Assembly: GCA_048213135.1 (NCBI GenBank)
Contig: PS015010.1
Span: 1,550,001-1,614,000, forward strand
From: Reclinomonas americana ATCC 50394
Lineage: Eukaryota
Direction of reading: 5' to 3'
Length of the DNA: 64,000 nucleotides
Positions 30,301-40,200 of this stretch are shown here, in pieces. The stretch's first letter is position 1; each line of letters opens with the position of its first letter. The translations under genes were made by a program, and so were the position numbers. The notes under the pieces were generated by a model. That model was not told the DNA's origin and did no database searches. It worked only from the letters and a program-made list of their open reading frames with translations.

Positions 30301-33300
30301 TTTCACAGCCGGATTTAACATACCTCGCTATGAGTAATTTACGGTAAGAAATATACAATGTCCTGAAATACCTCCAGGCCATATCCCAGTCAGTAGCGCA
30401 GCCGGTAGTGGGATTTACTGGAGGTGTGGTGGCTGTACCCAGCAGGCAAAGGTTCTGTGCGCTGGATGGGTTGCAGGGGTCCCCCGCTTCATTGATACAG
30501 AACACGGCAGACTGTGCCAGCTGCCACATACTGGGATGCAGGCTGGAAGAGGTACTGCAGGCAGGATTCGAAGGCATGCCAGCCACAGTGTTAGGATAAC
30601 TGAAATCTCCCATTTTATTGATCATCTCGGTTTTCAGGCCACTGCCGGGTCCGCTGAAGAACGGATCTTTGTTCACGATATTGATCACGCTGCTTACAAC
30701 GGTTGTATACTGCTCTACTTTAGATGCTGTCCATGTATTGGTACGCAGCAGTTTCGATTCAAAGGCATAAGTGGATGGCAACAGTTCCAGCGTGGTTTTC
30801 AGTTTGCAGAATTCAGGGTGGTAAGGCAATAATTGTTCAGCCCATGCGGGGTCAAAATCATTGGCGAATTGGGTTATGCCGAAGGTCCGCGGATCGGGAT
30901 TGAGTTGCTGCTGGCCAAACTCATTCCGGTAGGTTCCTGTAACCGGTGTGCCGGTGGTATAGATCAGCGGCTTTTTGTATTTCGGTCCGTCAATGGTCAC
31001 GTCCCTGAAAATATTGAATTCATTGTTCAGGTCATCAGGTTTGGCATACTGACCCATGGGCGGCGTCATATCCAGCAGCATGGTCTGCCTGATGGAGTTG
31101 ATGGCATCAAAGCCTGCTGTATCTACGGCATTACAGATGCGTTCGCAATTGGCCAGGGCGTCTTTATACGATGCCTGCAGGGTGGTTACAATATCATCTG
31201 AGAGCGGTTCGCTTAAACCCGATTGTGTTACAAAGCGCTGGCGGAACACCGTAAAGCTGCTGCCTACGGCTTCTTTACAACTTTCGCAGGTGATGTTGCA
31301 ATTGCTTTGTGCCAGCAGCACTTCATATTCATGCACATAAAAATCCTGGAAGCTGCGGCAGGTATCGTATTTCATGAAAACACTGTCGCGGTAAATGCGC
31401 TGGGCACTATCACTGAGCGATAATACTTTACTGATGGTGTAGGAACCTTCGGGCAGACTTTCAATGACAAAGGTTTTATCGAAGTGCCCGGTTGTTTTGC
31501 CGTCAACGGTACAAATCGGCGCGGTCAGGCTCTGCCCAATAGTGAAGTTGCTGTCCACTACTACATAAGGAAATCCATCGGTGGTATTGCAATCCGATGT
31601 AATGCTGATCTTCAGGTTATAAAGACAGTCGTAACATATGGTGGTGTCGCCGCAACTCAGCAGGCTTAACTGTTGCGGGTCCAATTCATAATGGAATTCG
31701 TACCGGCCAGCCATGGGCACCACCAGTGGTTTGGAGGAAATGATGGAGCGCCCCACTACCCTGTTGGTCTCTTTATCGATCAGCTGTTTGGTAAAGTCGC
31801 GTTTGTTCTTGCTGGCAAGTGTATCCAGTTGCAATGGCGAATCTGCCATCAGCGCGGTGGCTACCGTACGACCATGCATATCGCTGTAGCTTACGCTGTA
31901 CTGGCCGTTGGCGTCCTTTACAATATTTTTGAAATAATGCGAAGCTTCCCCGGCGTCGGTACCAAAGAGGGCGTCGAGTTCTTCCTGCGCAGGCACTTCA
32001 TAAAAATATTTGGTTTCATGTCCGCTGCCCAGCTGGTGGGTGGGTCCTACCCCGCCCTGCGAGGCGATCCTGCCATCGGCGGTAAAACGGGTTTCGGTGA
32101 AAGGATAAGCAATGGTATCGTTGCTGCCCGTTGAGGAAGGAATATATTTGGCAGGTGCGGAAGACACATCATCATTGTTGGGTGAATAATATTTTGCCGA
32201 ACCGCTGGAGGTACTGAAAGCCATAGCCGCGTTGCCGCATATACTGGCGCCGGGTTCCAGCTTATCATATACCCACTTGGGATACTGGTTGTGATTGATG
32301 GCCCTGTTGAAGTTGGCGGAATATTCAATAACATGACTGAGTGTTGGCGCCGGCAATATCTGTATCACCGGTCGTCCCTGGTAGTCGTAAAAAGATTCTG
32401 CCACCACCGTAGTATTGGTGGTATTGTCTTTAGTTACGGTCTGCCTGCTGCGCAGGGTACCATCGAAATACTGCACTACCGTTTTGCGTTTCCCTTCCTC
32501 GGCAAATGAAGTACTGGCCTGCCAGTTGAGGCTGTCTTCATGACCGCCATAACTGTAATATACCGGGGAGCCGCTGTTCTGCCAGGTCCAGGTACCTTCT
32601 ACACGCTGCCCGCTGTACCTGAGTTGTGCCGGGCGTACGCGTACGAATATCCTTCCATTGCCATCGTACATCAGCGGTATATTATAACTCTGTCCGCTGA
32701 TGGTGACACGAGTGGCATTGTTTATAAAAAGTTTATCCTGTACAAAATTGCCGCTGCCGTCTTTGTAGTCATCCAACGCGTCCGCGTCTATCCAGGCCCA
32801 TTCCAGGTCGTACTCTGTCTGGCCGGCATGCGGATCGCCCCAGGAAGCGGTCAATTCTTTATTGGTGTTGTCTTCGGTCAGGGCCAGTGAACCCGTGGTG
32901 GCCGAACAGGAGAATACATAATCCCGGGTAGCGGTGAGCTGGTTATCTACACGCAGCACCCGTGAAACCGGCCAGGTAACGGATCCGGAGTCGATGCTGA
33001 GGATTTTCACTTTTACTTCATAAGCGCCTTCAAAGGGAAGGTATTGTATGGCATTGTACCGGGCCGTATCTCCTTTTTTGTAATTGATGGTAAATTCCTT
33101 GTCGTCGTCGTCGATAAGGGTATGGGTGTGGTCATATTTTTTGATGTTGAGGGTAACGGTTACGGAGAAATCCGTTTGCACATAATACGGGCTTTCTTCC
33201 TCTATTCCCACAGACACCAGGTTGCGTATACGGTGTGTTTGTTCGATCGCCGCAAACGGGAGGGCATTCGAAAAATAGGCATTGTCCGATACAAATGATA

Positions 33301-33448
33301 TGGAGTCCTTTTTGAACTTCCCCTCGCTTCCCAGCAAGGGCCGGGTTATCGTTGGTTCTGTTTGTGCAACCGCGTGGCTGTACAGGACACATTGTAATGC
33401 CAGCAACAGGAAACGTAAGCATTTTCTTTTTGTGGAATGCATAGTCAA
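24338..33448 (-). CDS. Full-length RHS/YD-repeat polymorphic toxin (3036 aa) with signal peptide, Cys-rich repeats and a LysM-containing tip
   Basis: Sec signal (..LLLALQCVLYSHAVA/Q); VQYFDGTLRSRQ..YDYQGRP; YD repeats; DHRGN; FWEYDGDVGRRWNIDP..NPIYFADYDG; LysM YRVKKGDNLSKIAKRAGVTVEMI..LIKPGQIIVIP. Confidence 0.92.
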   Translation of the reverse strand: MTMHSTKRKCLRFLLLALQCVLYSHAVAQTEPTITRPLLGSEGKFKKDSISFVSDNAYFSNALPFAAIEQTHRIRNLVSVGIEEESPYYVQTDFSVTVTLNIKKYDHTHTLIDDDDKEFTINYKKGDTARYNAIQYLPFEGAYEVKVKILSIDSGSVTWPVSRVLRVDNQLTATRDYVFSCSATTGSLALTEDNTNKELTASWGDPHAGQTEYDLEWAWIDADALDDYKDGSGNFVQDKLFINNATRVTISGQSYNIPLMYDGNGRIFVRVRPAQLRYSGQRVEGTWTWQNSGSPVYYSYGGHEDSLNWQASTSFAEEGKRKTVVQYFDGTLRSRQTVTKDNTTNTTVVAESFYDYQGRPVIQILPAPTLSHVIEYSANFNRAINHNQYPKWVYDKLEPGASICGNAAMAFSTSSGSAKYYSPNNDDVSSAPAKYIPSSTGSNDTIAYPFTETRFTADGRIASQGGVGPTHQLGSGHETKYFYEVPAQEELDALFGTDAGEASHYFKNIVKDANGQYSVSYSDMHGRTVATALMADSPLQLDTLASKNKRDFTKQLIDKETNRVVGRSIISSKPLVVPMAGRYEFHYELDPQQLSLLSCGDTTICYDCLYNLKISITSDCNTTDGFPYVVVDSNFTIGQSLTAPICTVDGKTTGHFDKTFVIESLPEGSYTISKVLSLSDSAQRIYRDSVFMKYDTCRSFQDFYVHEYEVLLAQSNCNITCESCKEAVGSSFTVFRQRFVTQSGLSEPLSDDIVTTLQASYKDALANCERICNAVDTAGFDAINSIRQTMLLDMTPPMGQYAKPDDLNNEFNIFRDVTIDGPKYKKPLIYTTGTPVTGTYRNEFGQQQLNPDPRTFGITQFANDFDPAWAEQLLPYHPEFCKLKTTLELLPSTYAFESKLLRTNTWTASKVEQYTTVVSSVINIVNKDPFFSGPGSGLKTEMINKMGDFSYPNTVAGMPSNPACSTSSSLHPSMWQLAQSAVFCINEAGDPCNPSSAQNLCLLGTATTPPVNPTTGCATDWDMAWRYFRTLYISYRKLLIARYVKSGCENGLDDRITNHGYKLRFVDYEHMTPGNMGLGDYTTLINELQAGNPNAQNTAHTMELQNYDSTCRGYADSWLVQLQECAGIETRWETPAYKTADSLYLVPLLVDICKKGSDPYHPLGSSSLAPGKLPATDGTHNFSNFPQVIAQFLSNIGITSWSSTCHPFLIKSPKPYDKQQAMTNGYVVTKPTDCECNRLSSLESDYSGSGFSGSFSAWLKWKHGTTISQSTIDTIKALCNGTYPCVFLPQPIVLPPVLQCRGDLPPVETCIDCGRYNAIKDSFYVKFGYHAPVANPATEAEVNWNIAFENFANNETGFAKNWVEYVAFGNTCDTAGDYNCATLDSLLNAYKAQANPAVSVEVCRQQFVIFFNNFFHTAYTYEQWVNIFVQSCGHRPDVCKPTLTCSGLKSYLKSFYDTYGVQVYKNGNCSNLFTSFINNKMGTNLSYGRIDSLYQSLWGSSCLLEVCTFPNNYLLTRAYEKFRAEDMHPMDWSTGSCQIRFTTFFNTYFNPDPAWGFNDIHDEYKRRYEQGCVPNIDALCLPSYSCTTLNDVLIKFYNVYTYSIDSAYNCQDTFAIFFNDQLATNYTWQEISDIYMKICGVTLPACTPGIDCSDMQVVYNDFITNETYDSSNCRSLFTAYFNAHFGTSYTFEGIDSLFSVNCGTLISLCYITQSPPVNCDAITTLLNDFLVLYPNPQTQLGGNCEAVFAAFFNQRFGTAYQYDELVQYYYNVCGDTLNVCAGNCPRYISFYNDFNTRYGWMKLPLDLKKELFAQLFNDQFVTTGARLTFSEIESLTDTCIAGSLVTGPATQSVDDCEVLFSLKQAFYIMHPAGFGSGGGETGGGMEAGGGGKGDCGSDFLNWFNMNMGTSFPKYTVLSAWYDSICGPGAGIICPEGTEREIVIEDSLIMLPTNPPMLCGLSQPMFEPVPQDDDPCKDLPKIAYNAAMEKYELYLDSLRNVFDTAYYNKCMKAKDLESFTVSYKASEYHYTLYYYDQAGNLVKTVPPAGVDAKHADATFLANVKTKRQNVKAGGAESSNILTPTHTLETEYRYNTLNQVIAQKTPDAGESKFWYDRLGRLVVSQNAKQYANARYSYTLYDELGRISQVGQKPQSTSMTETISRDPSQLSTWLANNGASTNVQNKEEITRTVYDVSYFNGEATLSPAPLVQQHLRNRVSYTQVFDTEPSGSDDTKYAGTHRAATYYSYDIHGNVDTLLQDYNSGIMASTGNRYKKMVYDYDLISGKVNQVAYQPGAVDAYYHRYSYDAENRITDVETSHDGWVWEKDARYSYYKHGPLSRLILGQQQVQGLDYAYTLQGWLKGINSTAVGDGTYDMGGDGKTGAGLNPVARDAFGFSLNYFTGDYKTINSGVAPFATIGNGITHNGDGVQTGKDLFNGNIASMVVNLPKLGDAKVYGFRYDQLNRLRAMNTYEGLSNSTNSFTAVTMSDYKERLTYDANGNILTYLRNGTGGSLNLNNYTYSYTSGTNRLSGIVNSVNSGSYTYSYDAIGNVTQDTKQGVNAAEWNVYGKLKTLTKSGTDIEYSYDISGQRISKKVNNTEEWYVKDASGNTIATYLKDASVNDGYLSTKEFNKYGSGLLGTEKLVIDVETPAVIPEMPVFVRGVTDYLVNDHRGNNMAMVTDKKLQHSTGGATIDYYLADVRTASYYSAYGAISKSFNNGQIDLAYNGQRRSTEISANAQTADFWEYDGDVGRRWNIDPVIKFSEGAYTCYFSNPIYFADYDGRIGIPGYRVKKGDNLSKIAKRAGVTVEMILAQKGNEELRKNPSLIKPGQIIVIPPKAPTSQPVNTKRIVSERMQERTPGLDFMGKGALPLGPGGGKRNTKVVEDATDFGSNLAEHGEKIATELERRELADKFKSLGKVMGWATIIHHISTNDQDGLLKDGLELGISRTPLAPYYYGVKTFNQVVNSDYMQSAGYQALKAEFDEARQTSKSYSGSGIYDQKMRDFHISRANRAYNAMKEMEANWLKSHSTKAKSDN

Positions 33449-33490
33449 ATCATTTGTTCGTTCTGAATATTTTTCTTCCTCTTATTTAGA

Positions 33491-34279
33491 TCAGTACTGA
33501 CCCGTTCTTGAATTGAATACTTTATAATCCCGGTAACGGGCTACAGGTTTAAACAACCCGTCTTCAAAAAACACGTAAGCATTGGTATCATATGCGTCTT
33601 CTGTATGGTTATCGCCCCTGTAATTAGAGAATTCTATCTTCATGGTTTTCCGTCGTGCTGCCGGAGAGAAGATCACGGAATCTTCCTGCTGTACTTCATG
33701 GAAAGAGTAAATCACCGACCGTACCACGTACTGATCAAGATCATAGGAGATATTGAAATCCAGGAATGTTGCCAGGGTATCCGCCTTTTCAAATCTTACT
33801 CTGCCGGTATGGGTTTCGGGGGTATCAATCGTAATGGTATAATGCGGCGCATAGGTCAGTACCAGGCTATCCATCATGTTACGCATGGGCAACTGGCTTC
33901 CCGTATTGACCGTCCGGGGATCTGATATAACAATATATTTTTCGTTATTGTATACTGCAATAAAGAGAGAATCGTTTTGCATGAACTCTACATCGCCGAG
34001 TTTATATTTTGTTTTCTTGCCAGCCATGGTAAATGTACCCTGCATCACTTCATGGGTAAAATCGCCAAGAAGCGTATCCGAATCAAATGTATACTTCACA
34101 TCAAAGCTCAGGAACATAGTACTGTCGTACCGTTTGTATACATTCTCCATTATGCTGGCGGGTGTTTGGGCGAAAGCTCCCGTAGCAGCAAGCAGGCAGA
34201 ACAGGGTCAGCATTTGTATGCGGCCGCGGAGATAAGTTTTGATGCTGTAATACATATCTGTATGAATTTTCTTCTTCAT
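33491..34279 (-). CDS. Exported protein, possibly LolA-like fold
   Basis: Signal-like LFCLLAATGAFA/Q; short helix, then beta strands (LSFDVKYTF..GTFTMAG..FIAVYNNEKYIVI) reminiscent of LolA-type carriers; fold is an inference. Confidence 0.55.
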   Translation of the reverse strand: MKKKIHTDMYYSIKTYLRGRIQMLTLFCLLAATGAFAQTPASIMENVYKRYDSTMFLSFDVKYTFDSDTLLGDFTHEVMQGTFTMAGKKTKYKLGDVEFMQNDSLFIAVYNNEKYIVISDPRTVNTGSQLPMRNMMDSLVLTYAPHYTITIDTPETHTGRVRFEKADTLATFLDFNISYDLDQYVVRSVIYSFHEVQQEDSVIFSPAARRKTMKIEFSNYRGDNHTEDAYDTNAYVFFEDGLFKPVARYRDYKVFNSRTGQY

Positions 34280-34289
34280 GAATGGTTGA

Positions 34290-37200
34290 TTAGTCGGTTA
34301 TTTTTTTCTGCATGGCGCTGCGGGTTTCTGTAATGGTTTTTACGCCCCGCTGTGTTTCTTTTTTCACCCGTGTCAATGTTCCGTCGTCATCATACTCATA
34401 GAAACTGGCGTAGTTGTTCTCATCCAGTTCAGACATCAGCCTGAGGTTGGAGGAATGGTACACAAAGCTCTTCATGTTGGCATTGAAGGGATGAATACGA
34501 ACATCGTCGAAATAAGCGGGGATGGTACCACTGCTGTTGTTAAGCGATACACTGATGGCTGTTGCCGTTGCCGGGATGGTAAATACGGCTTCATAGCGCT
34601 GCCATCCCTCTATGATACTTCCCGCAGGATGGAATGTTTCCGTGGTGGCGCTGCCAGTATAGCTCAGCGTGATAGTGTTGTTCACATAAGTGGAGCATTT
34701 GCAGTCCGTGGAATTCTCTTTCACCCAGGCGCTCAGCACCATTTTGCGCCCCTGTATCAGTGACATGGTATCCGTTAAAGCGTTACCACGGACATTCGAG
34801 CTGTCGAGGCGGGTACACCAGCCCGTGGTTACGGTGGTAACCGGGTTATACGTTGAGGCCGATGGCAGGTACATGGCTGTCGTTGGGACGCTGGTGAGCG
34901 GGCCATTGTTGATCCTCCATTTCAGGTCGAAGCTATGATCGCCCCAGAGATCGTAGAACACGACTTCTATGGTGTATACCTGGCCAATCGTCATACTTAC
35001 ATTGCTGCTGTAACCAAAGTTGATGTTTGTTCCATTTGTCCACCAGTTGTTATCCGTAACCTGGGTACCATTGATCTTGATGCGGAACGCATTGTCAGAA
35101 GAACCATAGAACTGGTAGGTACCGGTTGCAGGTGCCTGTATCTTCCCTTCCCATTTTACGCTGAAATAATCGGCATTTACGCCCGCCGCTACCGGTGCAT
35201 TATTAGGTGCCGAAATTTTCACCTGCGGCTCAATACGGGTAAGTACCAGAGAGCTGCCCAGCCCTCCCGGTTCCAGCACGGCAGTTACCCCGGGATGATT
35301 ATAATATTTAGCCTGCAGGCCTGCCCCGTTATTGGTATTGCCAACGGTCGTACTGCTTGATATAGGTGTTGAATCTATTCTCACCCGCATAACGTAACCT
35401 TTATCCGCATCTGTTACATTCACCACAGGCGCTTTGAATTTAACATATGAAGAAGTATTCACTTTCAGGCTGTACCTACCGGTATGCCTTTGTGTTGAAT
35501 CGAGTTTGGCGGTAATGCTGCTGTCATAACTGAAATGCCGTGCCGGTTTACAGGTGATGCAGTCGGGTGCTGTCTGGTAGTCATAATCTTCGTAACCATC
35601 AAACATCACTTCTCTTACCCTGGCATTGTTGGCAACTGCTACAGGCAATTGCTGGTTATAACCGTACAGTCCTGAGTTGAACCTGCCCAGCGGGTCTTTG
35701 TTTTCAATTTCATACCCCTTCCTGTTGTACTGCGTGATCACGCTGTTCCATACCCATACATCAGATGCCGATGTATTGCGGTTAAGGTAGCCGCTGCCGT
35801 TAAAATTCCAGAAGGTTTTGAAATTATTAATGGTACCACCCGTCCGGGTATCGACAGGAGACGACGGGCTTGTCTCTTTTCTCGATCCGTAATAAGCATA
35901 AGTGCTGTCTACCCGCCAGTTGCCCCAAATACCTTCCGTGTAAGGGTTGATGGCTTTCCTTGAAAACCTGGAACGGCACCCTGAGAAAGATTCTTCATGC
36001 TGTCCGCAGTCTACCAGTGTATTGACCAGCGGGTCTGAATCGTTTTCCGAAGACATGGTAGTATCTCCGCAGTTGTAATAATAGATAGACAATGTCGTTT
36101 TTTTGCAGGTGATACCAACATCTCCGCCACCTTCACCACCTCCGAAAGATGAGGAACCACTACAGGAGATACCCGGGATAAAACATTGGCTGATGTCTTC
36201 TTTGCGTAACGCTTTTTCCTGCCCCGGCCAGTCGCGGGATTGCATGATCCTGAAACCGGTAGCCACACTGCTGCCCGAATTGCGTGCATAGCCAAGCATT
36301 TCATTGATGGCTGCCGTGGAAAGAAGTACCCGTTTATCCAAACCACCCGGTGTGAATATATAGTCTTCGGCAGTAAGTGTATTCCAGGCAGTAGGTGCAA
36401 TATTTCCTCCGGCCGACCAGTTGTGCAGGGTTCTGTTCTGGTCTACAAATAATTGCGACCAGGCCGTATTATTCGATGGCCATGGGGCACGCATAGTGAG
36501 AATATTGACCCCATTCAACGCTCTTCCCCTGTCGAGGTGACTGCCTGACGCCGTATGATTAGCGCCGTATGCATTATAGCCATGGTTATAATTCTGACTG
36601 CCTGTAGCATTACCTGCGGTATGTGAATACAGACTGAGAGCGGACTTGACAACAACAGCATTCGTATTGGCCAGTCCTGTCGGCAGGTAGCCCCTCATGT
36701 CAAACCTGATCCATGAATCATAATTGGTTCCTGAAGAACTGTTAAGCGAAACGCTCCTCGCGAGCAGGGATTGCGGGTTGCTTTCTACAAACTCAATATA
36801 CTCTACATAACCATCATTCACATGAGCAGATACCTGCCCGGCCTGCTTGGCTTCAAATTTTTTCAGTTTTATTCTTGCCTTTGTGGTTACAGTTCCGCTG
36901 GAGTCAAACCAATACAATGCATTGTCAACTCTCCAGTGATCTTTAAATGTCGCGGCACCTGTCTGAATGATATTCGTGTTGTCATTAAATACCAGCTGGT
37001 TGCTGCCGTTGATGGGGTTGGCCAGGCTGGTGATGCTGGCCACGCTCTGGTCGAGCAGGTTACGGTGCCCGCTGCGCATGATCTTTATGCTCACGTCAAC
37101 CGCGTTATAAGGATTGCCTTCCGCATCCATGAATACAAACTGCGGTGTTGACGAACCTGCTTTTCCTGTATATACCGCCCATATTTTCTTGGCGGGACTT

Positions 37201-40200
37201 TTAGCAAGGGTGGTCCAGGGATCTGTACCGGGTGTATCATCGCAGGGCGAAACACCTGAAGGTCCATTGTCTTTCATCGAAAGCACATACAGCTCATCAC
37301 CACTTTCCAGGATACCCGCCAATCCATCGGGATAACTCACCAGTTTGCCGTGACGGAAGGTAAGCCCGCTGTAAACGGCATCTATATTTTTATATGCCGG
37401 CCCCATGCCGCTGTAAGCCCAGTGCGCCGGGTAAGTGAAATTGTATACAGGTTTGTTGTGTTCATTCTGTGTACGGGTAAGCAGTACATTACCGGTCTCC
37501 GCGTCATACACCATGTTCTTGGTGCTTACCATACTGCCTTTATCGATCACCACTACACTGTCAAGCATTCCATAATGGTTTACCACTTTAAGTACGGAAG
37601 CAGAGCGGTACACCATGCTTTCCCTTACTACCGGTTGCAGCGGATTGAACAGGGGTATGGGGAACCAGCCGATGAGGAAAAGATCGAGGTTGATGTTGAG
37701 GTTGGTGGTGATGGTCTCTGTTTTATGCTGCCTGAAATCGGCCATCAGTTCTATATCCCTGCCTACCACGCTGCTTTGCACTACGCCGCCCGGCGAATTG
37801 ATGGTGGGCACGGTATGATTGAAGGTGTACGTTTTGTCTGTTGCCTGTTTCGTGTTATAAAAGTTCTGCGTATAGGAAACCGGGTTGATGGAATCCAGCG
37901 CGGAATAAGTAGCCTGGCTTTTTTCCCTGCCATTCATATCATTGATGTGTACGAGAAAACCCTGCGACAGTGTAATGGCTTTTTTATTATCCAGTTTCAG
38001 CAGTTGCATGATCTTTTTGGGTTCATACTTCACACTGGCTTCCGGATCATTCAACTGTGTAGCGCTTGATGAGAAAGGGAAATCCCTGGTGGTAAAAAAT
38101 TCACTCACCTGGCGTGTGGGCAGGTTCTTAACCGTATCCCTGTGCACCGACAGCACTTCCACCCTGCTATAACCCACCATGGGCGAAGGATAGAACATTT
38201 CACCAAAAGGCATTTCAATGGCGCCGAAGTCATACGGCCCGCCTTTGTTGTGATCCATATACCGCATGATCTCTTTGAACGGATTTTCATCGGCACCTAT
38301 GGAAGGTTCCCAGGCCGCTACCCCACTGCTGATGCTGGTCATTTTACCGTTAACCAGTTCCCGGGTGGTATACCTGTATTCCTGGCCGTAACTGGATGCG
38401 TACTGGCCTGTCATTTTATTCCAGTTGTCTTTTATGGTTACTTTTTTCACCCTCAGTCCGCCTCCATATTTATCGTAATAAGGATTATTCAGCCTGGCAA
38501 ATGATTTGGAGTTGGTGACTACGCGGCACTTCAGGTTTTTCTTCAGCGTTTCATCATCACCCCTGAACAAAGCGCCAATAGACGCGATCATACCAGCCAG
38601 CGAGGTTACGATGGCCTGTGCCCCGCCCTCTTCGCTTACATCATATCCTTTGTAGGCCTTACCCGGCAACTGCTGTTTCAGGAATTGCAGGGCCTGCTGT
38701 ACCATAGGGCTGGTGCTGCCTACCACGGGTAATACTTTAACATAGGCGATGGTGCCACTGGTGCCGGGGACAATACCATACCGTTCTATGTCCGCATAAA
38801 CGGGGATGGATTCACTACCGGGAATACCTGCTTTATCCGGCATGGTCACCCAGATTTTCATATACAGTTGTTTCAGTTTATCGAAATAACGTTCACCCAG
38901 TTCTCTTTGCGCTTCGGCTGGGTTGCTGCTGGTGATCGCGTAAGGCAGTTTGATATACACCCTGTCGCAGTCAACGGAACCGTTGTACAGGTAAGGACTT
39001 ACTCTTTGCGTGGCATCGGGAGCATCTGTATTTCCAAAACCGCTGATCTCGTACATGGAGGCAGATCTTTTGTTCTGCACATAAGCGTAACTGTCCGATT
39101 CATAATCAACAGTGATCTCGGCACCGGATGGCAGGAGTATCCTGTTCATTGTCCAGGCCGCGGCGTATTTATCGGCTTTTGTTTTATCCTGTACGGAATA
39201 AGGGAAGTCGGAATTAGGCAGGCTGCCGATGTTATTGGCGCCGCCATCTGTTTCAGGCTTGTAGTTGCCCCAGCGATCGTTCGCGTTGAAACTGTAATCG
39301 GGGTTATTGCCCGACGGATAAGAGAACACATACCTGCTTTTGGGCTTATTCTGTTTGGTGTTGTAACTGACCCAGATGCTGTCCAGTGTAAGCTTTCCCT
39401 GGTTAGCATTGCTGGTGCTGCCCAGTTCGCTGCCGCTGGCTGTATTTTTACACAGTTTGTAACTCTGGAAGAACCTGATGGTTTTGATGGGTTTGGCATT
39501 GGTACCATAACGCCTGAGATCACCTTTGGAATACAGGCAGATCTTATCCAGTCGCTGCATACCCCAGGCGCTGTTCAATGCGCCGGTCTGTCCAACAACT
39601 TCCCGGCAGTCCTGCCTGTCGTTTTTCACAAAGAACCGGGCCACCATATTTTTGGATTCAATGGAATACAACAGCCACATTTCCCTTTCGCCATATACAT
39701 AATGCGCTTTATCGTCTTTAGCGTCGGTCTTTAGTCCTTCGCTGTACGTGGCGCTCATGTTACCCACGGGGGTACGCCATTTGTAATTCTGGAATTTGCT
39801 GTAGTTGAATTTGATGGCGTCGCCCATATCGTCATCACTGATGCCATTGCCGGTAACGTCAACATAGTTGGGCGACAGCAGGGCGGTAAGCAGGTAAGAG
39901 TGGGTATAGGCGGGCGTTTCCTGCATTTCCAGGAACCAGTCCCTTCCCTTTTTGTTGGATTTAGTATCATCGTCGGCATCATACACCACCTTTGATGTGC
40001 CGGTATTGGCCTGGCTTTTATCAATGCTGAAACTTACATCCACCTGTTTGGTATTGTACACCGGCAGACCGTACACATATTTCCGCCCATCGGTACCCAG
40101 CACATTAAATTCAGAGATATGCCTTCCTTTCCTGAAGTCATCCCCTTCTCCCTGGTGAAGTAAAGGTTCCGGGTGTATACCCTGGGAATGCCGGTAGAAT